A stretch of DNA of 38,745 nt, taken from NCBI GenBank assembly GCA_036558585.1, contig DATBFI010000337.1:1-38745 (forward strand), given 5' to 3'. The translations under genes were made by a program, and so were the position numbers. Of the stretch, positions 1-8,352 are shown one piece after another; positions within the stretch are counted from its first letter, which is position 1, and each line of letters starts with the position of its first letter. Source of the stretch: Chitinophagaceae bacterium (GTDB lineage: Bacteria; Bacteroidota; Bacteroidia; Chitinophagales; Chitinophagaceae). The notes under the pieces are model-generated. The model worked only from the letters and a program-made list of their open reading frames with translations. It was not told the DNA's origin and made no database searches.

Positions 1-106
1 AACCCGCTGTTACCCGTTGTTAACCAATTTTGTGCGAAGGAAAAAGAAACGGTAAATAAAAGAAAACCGAGGAGGGAAATTTTTTTCATACAACATCAAC
101 TATTAA

Positions 107-1759
107 TTATTTTATAAGAACCATTTGTCTTGTGCTGATGAGTTTTCCATTCACCATCAATGAATATTGATAAGTGCCTGATGAAAGTGTTGATGCATCT
201 ACATTCACAATTCCTTTGCCTGCTCCTGAAATGTTTATTTGCTTTATTGTTTTGCCGCTTTTATCTGTTATGATAATTTGCGCTCTTGTAAATTTTTGGG
301 GCAAACTGTAATGAATGGTTGTTGAATTAGTAAAAGGATTTGGAGCGTTTTGTTCTAACGAGGCATCTGTAAGTAATGTATTAATTTTTGCCTCTGATGA
401 AGTGCTGCCTGAATTGCTTTTGAGCATTGCTTTTATTTCACTCATTTCAGATTTCAAATTTTTAATTTCAGATCTTAAACTGTCATTCGTTTTCACCAGT
501 TCCTGTATAGCCTTTACCGCAAGTACGCCAAATGCCGAATAATCCATAGTATAATATTCGTCATTTGTGCCGTCAAGCTTGTTTTTAAATACTACTTCAG
601 GAAAAATTTTTTCCACTTCCTGTGCTATCATCCCATAATATTTTTTATCGTCTTGTTTATTTTTGAGAAAGTGATATTTTTTTACATCGAGCTGTAAAAT
701 TTTTTCCAGCACATCCGGCGCATGTTCAATGTTTTTTTTCATTCTTGCATCGGATAATGAAGTATAAGAACCGCTTGAAGCATTAAAAACACCCAAAGTA
801 CCTCCACCACTGAAACCTTTATTCCTGGATAATTCCAGGTTGCCATTACCTGCTGTATAAAATCCCCAACTGTTAGTTACAGAAGTTGAAGCATTACTAA
901 TGGCTAAGCCTTGAAGACCAGTAAGAGGACCCTCATTAACATGCGCAACAACAAGATTTGTAGTCGGAGATGTTGTTCCAATTCCCAAGTGTCCTTCGTT
1001 CGTTAATACCATTCGTGTGATATTGCCAGCGCCAAAAAAAGTTCCGGTTCTAAACTCCATTTTGTGAGAAGTGCCGCCGTAGACGATACCGCCATCTACC
1101 GCATTGATATTATTGCCGAATAAAATGCCGCTAACATTAGCTACGGGGGTGAGCAGATTAATAAAACTATTGCCATTTGCTTCAGCTACTATCGGAGATT
1201 CTATATTTGGGGCAATTCCCCCGGCGCTGCCTCTGAAAATATGCAGACTCGCTTTTGGAGTGGTTGTTCCTATTCCTACATTTCCTGCACCCGTTAATAC
1301 CATGCGGGGAGTGTTACCATTGGTTCTAAATTGCAAAGCATTAGGAGTACCGCCTGCAAATGAACTGTTATAAATTATTCCACCGCTTGTGTTACCTGAA
1401 TTGTTGCCGAATAATATACCTGTTTCACTCACCGAAGGTGAAAGCAGGCTCATATATGTGTTGGTAGAACTTTCAGCCGTTATTGCACTTTGGAAGAAAG
1501 GACTTATGCCTGAGCTGCCATTTCTTACATGCAGTTTTGATAGCGGTGCTGATGTACCTATGCCCCAAAGTCCGGTTTTAGTAAGCACACCATTGATAAC
1601 ATTGTTGGATATGAATCTCACATCCTGGTTATTGGTGCTTCCCAGTTTTTCGGTTCCGGTAAGGTTGTTGCCTGCTAATTTCCATTGGCCTGTTTGTGCC
1701 ATAGAAGTAAACCCGAAAAAAGCTGTGGCAATAATTGTAGTTATAATAATCTTCTTCAT
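107..1759 (-). CDS. T9SS-secreted tail-fibre-like protein (fibre modules + Peptidase_S74 intramolecular chaperone + coiled coil + T9SS C-terminal sorting domain)
   Basis: 550-aa ORF with signal peptide MKKIIITTIIATAFFGFTSMAQ. It has three internal ~97-aa modules, each starting G(L/V/L)xGIGT(S/T)xPxxxLHV. SDARMKKNIEHAP...YYGMIAQEVEKIFPEVV...MDYSAFGVLAVKAIQEL fits the endosialidase/tail-fibre chaperone (S74) signature (approx nt 488-754). The heptad-like SLRSEIKNLKSEMSEIKAML follows. The C-terminus NPFTNSTTIHYSLPQKF...GTYQYSLMVNGK fits the Por/T9SS type-A CTD (approx nt 110-364). Confidence 0.85.
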   Translation of the reverse strand: MKKIIITTIIATAFFGFTSMAQTGQWKLAGNNLTGTEKLGSTNNQDVRFISNNVINGVLTKTGLWGIGTSAPLSKLHVRNGSSGISPFFQSAITAESSTNTYMSLLSPSVSETGILFGNNSGNTSGGIIYNSSFAGGTPNALQFRTNGNTPRMVLTGAGNVGIGTTTPKASLHIFRGSAGGIAPNIESPIVAEANGNSFINLLTPVANVSGILFGNNINAVDGGIVYGGTSHKMEFRTGTFFGAGNITRMVLTNEGHLGIGTTSPTTNLVVAHVNEGPLTGLQGLAISNASTSVTNSWGFYTAGNGNLELSRNKGFSGGGTLGVFNASSGSYTSLSDARMKKNIEHAPDVLEKILQLDVKKYHFLKNKQDDKKYYGMIAQEVEKIFPEVVFKNKLDGTNDEYYTMDYSAFGVLAVKAIQELVKTNDSLRSEIKNLKSEMSEIKAMLKSNSGSTSSEAKINTLLTDASLEQNAPNPFTNSTTIHYSLPQKFTRAQIIITDKSGKTIKQINISGAGKGIVNVDASTLSSGTYQYSLMVNGKLISTRQMVLIK

Positions 1760-2130
1760 TGTAATTTTTTTGAATTGAGTTTAAAATTTATGCCCCTGGC
1801 CGAATTTTCCTACTCTTAAGGCCAGGTACGCAAAATGAATTTATGCAGGCTGAATTGCTCCCATTTGCACTGCAGATAAACGCCCGCCTGACCGGACGGG
1901 CAGGAATTGCGACGCAAGGGACGATGCCATGAAAAACAAAAGCCGGTATCAAAAAAAATTTCCGATTTGCATTACAGTTTTTTTACTGCATCAAAAGTAG
2001 AATGATCAAATACCTTTAAAAATGGTATATAAGTACTATCTATGGCATAAATTGATGAGTTGTTCTCACCGGATTTGGGGATTGTTTAATAATTGAAGGG
2101 CTGTAAATTGGCTGCTTTAAAAGAAGAAGC

Positions 2131-2895
2131 ATGATGACTTCCCCGTCTTTAACCAGGACATCTGAGAGAATAATAAATTTTTTAGAAGGGCACAGTAAAA
2201 CAACCTCAAGGAGTGCCGTCGAAGATTTTTTGCCGCGGCTGCATACGCTGCAGAATATTTTTCCGCAATGGGTACTGCTTACCTGTCCTATAAAACATAC
2301 TAATACGCGGTTTATTACAGAGAACAGCAACAGCATCCTTAATATCAAACCTGATTTTTTTAAAAAAATTTATGCACCTGAATTTCTTTACGCACAAGTT
2401 CATGAAGATGACCAGCTGCATGTGAACCTGTGCTTTCAGTATGTAAGTGAACTTTTTAGGAACCGCTTGCCGGAAGAATATCCAAAAATGCGCTATGCTT
2501 TGCAATACAGGTACAGGCGGCAGGATGGCAGCTATATAACACTGCATGATGAAAAATGTGCTTTAAGCCTTCCTGACGGCACTGTTTTATACTATACCAT
2601 TATGAAAGACATTACACAAGAAACAATATTTACCGGTGTGAAAGTGGATATGTACAAACAGAATGCCTTACTTGAAAAAATAGACACATACAGGCCAAAC
2701 CAGGCAGGCAACAGTTTATCAAAACGTGAAACAGAACTGGTTAGCTTATTAAGGAAAGGGCTTACAACAAAAGAAACGGCTTATCATTTAAATATAAGTC
2801 AGCATACGGTGAGAAATATGAAACAGAATATGTTTGAGAAATATAAGGTAAATAATGTGATTGAATTGCTGAATAAGACTCTGCACTATAGTTAA
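2131..2895 (+). CDS. LuxR/GerE-family transcriptional regulator with N-terminal PAS-like sensor fold
   Basis: 254-aa ORF. The C-terminus SKRETELVSLLRKGLTTKETAYHLNISQHTVRNMKQNMFEKYKVNNVIELL is a classic GerE/LuxR HTH. The upstream part (VHEDDQ..., YRYRRQDGSYITLHDE) resembles a PAS fold. The start codon is uncertain. The gene is divergent from the first tail-fibre-like gene. Confidence 0.8.
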   Translation: MMTSPSLTRTSERIINFLEGHSKTTSRSAVEDFLPRLHTLQNIFPQWVLLTCPIKHTNTRFITENSNSILNIKPDFFKKIYAPEFLYAQVHEDDQLHVNLCFQYVSELFRNRLPEEYPKMRYALQYRYRRQDGSYITLHDEKCALSLPDGTVLYYTIMKDITQETIFTGVKVDMYKQNALLEKIDTYRPNQAGNSLSKRETELVSLLRKGLTTKETAYHLNISQHTVRNMKQNMFEKYKVNNVIELLNKTLHYS

Positions 2896-2971
2896 ACACT
2901 TCCGGGATTAACTAATATGATTAATGTGTTTGAGCTATTAAAATAAAAATGCTTAACAATCCTTCTCGTCT

Positions 2972-3027
2972 ATGTTTCGACAAGGTTAACATGACAAGAA
3001 ACTGTCAGCCTGAGCTTGTCGAAGGCT
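2972..3027. repeat. REP-like intergenic palindromic element (ttcgacaag / cttgtcgaa inverted repeat; core tgagcttgtcgaag)
   Basis: A 9-bp perfect inverted repeat, ttcgacaag (2976-2984) and cttgtcgaa (3015-3023). A nested agcct/aggct pair sits at 3007-3011 and 3022-3026. A related gtcatgctga fragment lies at 3093-3102. The 14-mer core recurs with one mismatch inside two kinase genes (32703-32716 and 38140-38153). Confidence 0.35.
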
Positions 3028-3133
3028 TATTGGTAAGGTTTTCAACGTTTAATAGACAACGTTATAATTGATAATGAACAATCATTTAAACCGTCATGCT
3101 GAATAAAATCCAATTCGCCAATCACTTCACATA

Positions 3134-3679
3134 TTAGGTGTCAACTTTTTTTACCAGGGCTTTATACGCGTCAATAAAATTATTTAGAGCTTCCCGTGTT
3201 TTAGGGTCGGTAATTATTCCCTGGTCATTTATTTTGCCTTTGATTCCCTGGATAAGCAAAGTGGTCTCTTCTGTGAAATTCGATTCAACAGTCCTCATTA
3301 TCAATTTTAATTCTTCGTGACCTTTCGCGCCATGGGCAGATGCTGTTAAAAGACCTATAGGCTTATCGGAAAAAACTGTTGTGGAAACGCACCATTCAAT
3401 TGCATTTTTCAAGCCGCTTGGAATACTAAAAACATATTCCGGCGTGCAAATGATGATCCCGTCTGCTTTTGCGATACTCTCTCTGAAATTTAATATTATT
3501 TGAGGCGTGTTGTCAATTGAGAGCTCGGGGCTAAAGTGTGGGAGTGACTTTAGGTTGTCAAATACAATCAGATTAAACTCATCTCTTGTCAGGTTTGCAA
3601 TATGCTCCACAAGTTTAAGATTGGATGAGTTTTCACTAGCACTTCCAATAATTGTAAGAATGCTTTTCTTTTTTCTCAT
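3134..3679 (-). CDS. NADPH-dependent FMN reductase family oxidoreductase
   Basis: 181-aa ORF. ILTIIGSASENSSN...ADGIIICTPEYVFSIPSGLKNAIEW matches the flavodoxin-like FMN reductase signature (TPEYN-x-S-x-PG-x-LKNAIDW). Confidence 0.85.
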   Translation of the reverse strand: MRKKKSILTIIGSASENSSNLKLVEHIANLTRDEFNLIVFDNLKSLPHFSPELSIDNTPQIILNFRESIAKADGIIICTPEYVFSIPSGLKNAIEWCVSTTVFSDKPIGLLTASAHGAKGHEELKLIMRTVESNFTEETTLLIQGIKGKINDQGIITDPKTREALNNFIDAYKALVKKVDT

Positions 3680-3784
3680 TCTTTCATTGCCTTTTTTCGT
3701 CTCTTTAACGCTTCAAAATTTTGCTCTTCATAAGTAAAAATAAAAATTAATGATGTTAGTTATAGTTTGATTGTTGCATGGTTC

Positions 3785-3822
3785 AAAACCTCACAGATTT
3801 GCGGGACCTGTGAGGTTTTTTG
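3785..3822. terminator. GC-stem hairpin with flanking T/A runs (bidirectional terminator-like; copy 1 of a repeated hairpin)
   Basis: The stem aacctcacag (3787-3796) pairs with ctgtgaggtt (3808-3817) and is followed by ttttt on the plus strand. On the minus strand it is also followed by tttt. It lies just downstream of the minus-strand gene 3873-4214. Confidence 0.5.
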
Positions 3823-3872
3823 CAGCTGTTTTTCAATAGCTGATTTGTTGAAGCGCCTCACTATAACGTTTC

Positions 3873-4214
3873 CTACTTTTTCTTTTTATTTCGCCTGTCG
3901 TTAAGCAATTCATCTTTTTCTTCAATTTTGTTAAGTGTGCTGTCTTTGTTAGATGTCTGCGATTTAGATAAATCCTGCACAGAAACATCGTGTATATTTT
4001 TTGTCCCCGGATGGCTGTCAACAGCCTTTGCTCTGAAATAATTACCGGTAACGTGTTCCTGCCTTGAATCAGGATTTTGAAATTCAGGGTATATAGCGAC
4101 GTATTGAAGAAAAAGCCTTGTAATATCCCATTTTGTCATCGGGTATTGATATTGCGCATTTGCTGTTATGTATGTCGCACTGATAATTAGAGCTATCATT
4201 AATTTTTGTTTCAT
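3873..4214 (-). CDS. small secreted hypothetical protein with lysine-rich tail
   Basis: ORF 3873-4250. The internal ATG at 4214 gives the signal peptide MKQKLMIALIISATYITANAQ. No recognisable domain. The C-terminus is highly charged (DRRNKKKK). Confidence 0.5.
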   Translation of the reverse strand: MKQKLMIALIISATYITANAQYQYPMTKWDITRLFLQYVAIYPEFQNPDSRQEHVTGNYFRAKAVDSHPGTKNIHDVSVQDLSKSQTSNKDSTLNKIEEKDELLNDRRNKKKK

Positions 4215-4340
4215 GATGAGTTGTGTTGAGAATACAAAACTCAGGAACAATAGTTCTTTTGCAATCCCTAAAGATTGGAGAGGAAATCCCCGAATGTGGT
4301 TAGCTAAAACGTTGAACGGTTGAAAAGTTGAATAGTTTTA

Positions 4341-4376
4341 TACCTCACAGGTTTGCGAGACCTGTGAGGTATTTTT
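4341..4376. repeat. Copy 2 of the repeated hairpin (tacctcacaggtttgcgagacctgtgaggta + ttttt)
   Basis: An 11-bp stem (4341-4351 with 4361-4371). It matches the 3787-3817 hairpin at 27 of 31 positions in the same orientation. It lies immediately downstream of the stop of gene 4383-6131. Confidence 0.5.
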
Positions 4377-4382
4377 CAAACA

Positions 4383-6131
4383 TTATTTTGCTATTGCCAT
4401 TTTCTTTGTATCTGTTACTTTTCCATCGACAATCAATGAATAATTGTATGTTCCTGATGAAAGTGTTGCTGCATCTATATTCAATATGCCTTTTCCAGCC
4501 ACCTCCCAGCTTCCCCCGATGGGGGAAGGGTTTGAAATATTTATTTGCTTCAATTTATTTCCATTCATATCAGTAATTACAAGTTGTGCATTAGTGAATT
4601 TTTGTGGCAATGTGTATCGAATAGTTGTTGAATTAGAAAATGGATTAGGAATGTTTTGGTCTAAAGATGCATTAGTGAGCAATGCATTAACTGTTGCCCT
4701 TGATGAGGCACTGCTTTGATTGCTTTTGAGAACGATTGCTTTTAACTCATCAATTTGTTTTTGCTGTTCTTCATTTTGTTTTTTCTCCGCGAGGAGTCCT
4801 GCGGACAACTCATGATTTTGCACGGAAAGCTCCTGCATTGCTTTGATGATAATGGGAATAAACTCGGTATAATTTAATGCTTTAAATTTTGTCACTTCAG
4901 AAGGCGATGACATTTCTTTATCTGCATCCGGTTTTGTTGAGCGGCTGTCAAACTTTGTATTTTTCACCAGGTTTGGAAGCAGTTTTTCCACATCCTGCGC
5001 TATAAGCCCATAATGATCCCCCTGCGGCAGGTGCATTGAAGCATAATTGCCCTCTTTTTTATACTGATAAAGCTTAGGATGCAATTGATTAATGATATTC
5101 ATAGCGCTGCTGAAGTCGTGAATATTCTGCTTCAGTTTTTCATCCGAGCTTTGATAAGTGCCGGTGGTAAAAACATCTCCATCAAAATTCCCTGCAAAAG
5201 CCTCAGGATTATTGGTTGAAGCGAAAATGCCATCTCCGTTTGTTGAAAAAGCCAGGATAGCCGAACCAACGGTGTTTGTCGCCTGTATTGTGCCAAAAAG
5301 AGAACTGTTATTTAATACCGCTGCACTTCTGTCTTTTTTGCTAATAAGTAGCCCGACTACCGAATTATCATTGTCTCCAAAAATATCAAGTTGTGCGAAT
5401 GGACTTGTTTTTCCTATACCTACCCTTCCTTCACCTGTTAATACCATGCGCGGCTCATTGCCGTTGGTTCTGAATTGTAAAGAATTAGCGGGAGAGCTTT
5501 TAAATGCGCTGTTATAAACTATGCCGCCACTTACATTATTTTCGGAGGTTCCGAACAATATACCTGTTTCATTCGCTTTAGGTGCTAGTAAATTAATATA
5601 GGCGTTGGAGGAATTTTCGGCTGTTATTACACTTTGAAAGAAAGGCGCTGTGCCCGAACTGCCATTTAGTACATGCAATTTTGATTGCGGAGCAGTAGTT
5701 CCTATGCCTACTCTTTTATTTCCAAGATCAATATCCATCGCACTTACGCCTCCTCCGAGAAAATCTATTTTGTCTCCTAAAGTATATCGAAGACCAAAAT
5801 TTGAAAACGCAGGAGAATAGGCAAACACCATGCGGCTTGTATTCGCACTGCCTGATTCATAAATAAACATCATCGGTTTTGGATTTGAGCCCGGGTTTGG
5901 AAATTGTATAACTGACTGATCAGAGTTAAACCTTAAGTTACCCGTATTGGTAAGCGACATGCGTTTAGCATTATTGGTCATAAAGTCGAGCGAAAAATTG
6001 TTAGTACTGCCAAGTTTTTGTGTTCCGTTTAAATTGTTCCCCGCTAATTTCCATTGACCTGTTTGTGCGATTAATGTGCTGCTACTTAATAATGCAGTAA
6101 AACAGTAAAGTAGAATTTTTTTGTTTTTCAT
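4383..6131 (-). CDS. T9SS-secreted tail-fibre-like protein, paralog 2 (divergent S74 chaperone domain)
   Basis: 582-aa ORF with signal peptide MKNKKILLYCFTALLSSSTLIAQ followed by the family motif TGQWKLAGNNLNGTQKLGSTNN. The S74-like segment is SSDEKLKQNIHDF...HYGLIAQDVEKLLPNLV...LNYTEFIPIIIKAMQEL (approx nt 4827-5147). The T9SS CTD is IPNPFSNSTTIRYTLPQKF...GTYNYSLIVDGK (approx nt 4386-4670). Confidence 0.85.
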   Translation of the reverse strand: MKNKKILLYCFTALLSSSTLIAQTGQWKLAGNNLNGTQKLGSTNNFSLDFMTNNAKRMSLTNTGNLRFNSDQSVIQFPNPGSNPKPMMFIYESGSANTSRMVFAYSPAFSNFGLRYTLGDKIDFLGGGVSAMDIDLGNKRVGIGTTAPQSKLHVLNGSSGTAPFFQSVITAENSSNAYINLLAPKANETGILFGTSENNVSGGIVYNSAFKSSPANSLQFRTNGNEPRMVLTGEGRVGIGKTSPFAQLDIFGDNDNSVVGLLISKKDRSAAVLNNSSLFGTIQATNTVGSAILAFSTNGDGIFASTNNPEAFAGNFDGDVFTTGTYQSSDEKLKQNIHDFSSAMNIINQLHPKLYQYKKEGNYASMHLPQGDHYGLIAQDVEKLLPNLVKNTKFDSRSTKPDADKEMSSPSEVTKFKALNYTEFIPIIIKAMQELSVQNHELSAGLLAEKKQNEEQQKQIDELKAIVLKSNQSSASSRATVNALLTNASLDQNIPNPFSNSTTIRYTLPQKFTNAQLVITDMNGNKLKQINISNPSPIGGSWEVAGKGILNIDAATLSSGTYNYSLIVDGKVTDTKKMAIAK

Positions 6132-6327
6132 GATCGTTTTTTTAGTGATAAAAGCAGTTTTGATAATACGCTTTGCAATGCATACGGGCCGTATTATTGC
6201 AATACTGTTTGTTATGAAAGAATTAAATCAGCCGTTATCAATAAGAGAACAGCAGAACAGTGGTGGTTTGTTTTTTATATAATAGGTTATCTTTTTACAG
6301 AACGCGTTTGATGGTTTGTATTTGTAC

Positions 6328-8043
6328 TCATCTTGTCAGTACCATTTGTTTTGTGCTGATTACTTTTCCATCAACAATCAATGAATAATTGTATGTTCCT
6401 GATGAAAGTGTTGCTGCATCTATATTCAATATGCCTTTTCCAGCCCCCTTCCAGCTTTCCCCTGTGGAGGAAGAGTTTGGAACGTTTATTTGCTTCAATG
6501 TATTTCCATTCATATCAGTAACTACAAGTTGTGCATTAGTGAATTTTTGTGGCAATGTGTAGCGAATAGTGGTTGAATTAGAAAATGGATTTGGAGTGTT
6601 TTGTTCTAATGTTGCTGAAGGGATTGAAATATTTTTTGATGATCGAGGATCATTGTTGGAATGTGCATTCATCATCGCTTCAAGCTTTTCAATTCTTTTT
6701 TCATGTTCATCTTTTTCGGATTTCAGATTTCGTATTTCGGATTTTACTTCATCATTCTCTGTTTTCAATGCCTCATTTGTTTTTACCAGTTCCTGTATTG
6801 CTTTTATCGCGATCACACCAAATGCAGAATAATCCATCGTATAGTATTCACCAACACCACCATCGATCTTATTATGATACACGATCTCAGGAAATATTTT
6901 TTCTACCTCCTGTGCGATCATGCCATAATATTTTTTGTCTTCAGTTTTGTTTTTGAGAAAATGATATTTTTTTATATTGAGCTGCAAAACTTTTTCCAGG
7001 ACATCAGGAGCTTTTTCAATGTCTTTTTTCATTCTCGCATCAGAGAGAGGTGTGTAAATGCCACTCGCACCATCGAAGCGACCAATGGCACTGCTGATAT
7101 TATTATCCCTGTATAATTCCAGACTTCCATTGCTTGTGGTATAAAGAAGCCATGAGGTATTGCCAAATTGCGAAACATGATGTATGCGTAAGCCGTGCGG
7201 GTCAAAGCTGGCAATAGCGGGATGCACTAAATGCAAATCAACATCAGGAGTGGTATTTATTCCTAACTGCCCTGTGTTTGGACCAAACAGGTCTTTTTGT
7301 AAAACAAGACGAGTGATGTTATTGTCACTTCTGAATTCCATTCTGGATTGTCCTCCGCTATATACAATGCCGCCCTCGGCAACATTTGAGTTATTTCCAA
7401 ACAAAATACCGCTCACTTTTGTCAAAGGCGTAAGCAGATTAATAAATGCATTCCCATTTGCTTCTGCCACTATAGGAGATTCTATATTAGGAGCGGCGCC
7501 GCCTGCACTACCCCTAAAAACATGCAGGCTGGATTTTGGAGTGGTTGTTCCTATTCCAACATTTCCTGCATCTGTTAATACCATGCGGGGAAGATTGCCA
7601 TTGGTGCGGAATTGCAAAGCTTTGGGAGCACTGCCCTGGAAGCCGCTGTTATAAATAATGCCACCGCTTACATTGTTTTCAGATGTTCCGAATAATATGC
7701 CCGTTTCATTTGCTTTTGGTGCAAGTAAATTAATATAGGAATTCGAAGAATTTTCAGCCGTTATTATGCTTTGAAAAAAAGGCGTTATACCTGAGCCGCC
7801 TGTTTGCACATGCAGCCTTGAAAGCGGTGCAGTAGTTCCTATGCCCATATTGCCTGCATTGGAAAGCGACATGCGTTTAACATTGTTTGTAATAAAATCC
7901 AGCGAAAAGTTGTTGGTGCTGCCAAGCTTTTGAGTTCCGTTCAGGTTGTTGCCCGTTAATTTCCATTGACCGGTTTGTGCTATTAATGTGCTGCTACTTA
8001 GTAATGCAGTAAAAGAAAAGAGTAAAACTTTTTTGTTTTTCAT
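6328..8043 (-). CDS. T9SS-secreted tail-fibre-like protein, paralog 3 (mosaic of paralogs 1 and 2)
   Basis: 571-aa ORF. The N-terminal 66 aa and the CTD are nearly identical to paralog 2. The central fibre modules and the S74 domain (LSDARMKKDIEKAPDVLEKVLQL...YYGMIAQEVEKIFPEIV...MDYSAFGVIAIKAIQEL, approx nt 6778-7044) are nearly identical to paralog 1. Confidence 0.85.
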   Translation of the reverse strand: MKNKKVLLFSFTALLSSSTLIAQTGQWKLTGNNLNGTQKLGSTNNFSLDFITNNVKRMSLSNAGNMGIGTTAPLSRLHVQTGGSGITPFFQSIITAENSSNSYINLLAPKANETGILFGTSENNVSGGIIYNSGFQGSAPKALQFRTNGNLPRMVLTDAGNVGIGTTTPKSSLHVFRGSAGGAAPNIESPIVAEANGNAFINLLTPLTKVSGILFGNNSNVAEGGIVYSGGQSRMEFRSDNNITRLVLQKDLFGPNTGQLGINTTPDVDLHLVHPAIASFDPHGLRIHHVSQFGNTSWLLYTTSNGSLELYRDNNISSAIGRFDGASGIYTPLSDARMKKDIEKAPDVLEKVLQLNIKKYHFLKNKTEDKKYYGMIAQEVEKIFPEIVYHNKIDGGVGEYYTMDYSAFGVIAIKAIQELVKTNEALKTENDEVKSEIRNLKSEKDEHEKRIEKLEAMMNAHSNNDPRSSKNISIPSATLEQNTPNPFSNSTTIRYTLPQKFTNAQLVVTDMNGNTLKQINVPNSSSTGESWKGAGKGILNIDAATLSSGTYNYSLIVDGKVISTKQMVLTR

Positions 8044-8352
8044 GATCGTTTATTTTTAAATAATAAAACAGTTTAGAGATGCGCATTATAAAATGCACAA
8101 AGCATACGTTAGAATTTTGTTTAGAGAAGATTTTTAGAAAAGATTATTTAATGACTATAGAGATAAGCAGCATGATATTAACTGTTCTTCATATTTCATC
8201 GGTAAGTTTTTGAGGCGCAAATTTTGTGGTGAATGGCTTTTGAAAAAATTACCAACTACGGGAAAGTTTGTAACCGGTTCTGATGAGAAAATTTTTACGT
8301 ATGCGCACAGGGGGCAACCAGAGAGCAAAAGGTAAATACATAAAAACCAATT

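Noticed and set aside
315-1778. Plus-strand ORFs (75-156 aa) overlapping the three fibre genes, e.g. 315-542, 1104-1373, 1389-1778, 5158-5517, 6569-7116, 7184-7654
   Set aside because: These are shadow ORFs opposite long, motif-rich minus-strand genes. Their similarity to each other simply mirrors the paralogy of the real genes.
1841-1930. GC-rich patch with direct gcagg(ctg)aattgc repeats and a gcccg/cgggc stem, in the divergent promoter region between fibre gene 1 and the LuxR gene
   Set aside because: It could be an operator or a small structured leader. However, the stems are short, there is no clear palindromic LuxR-type box, and I cannot match it to a riboswitch class by eye.
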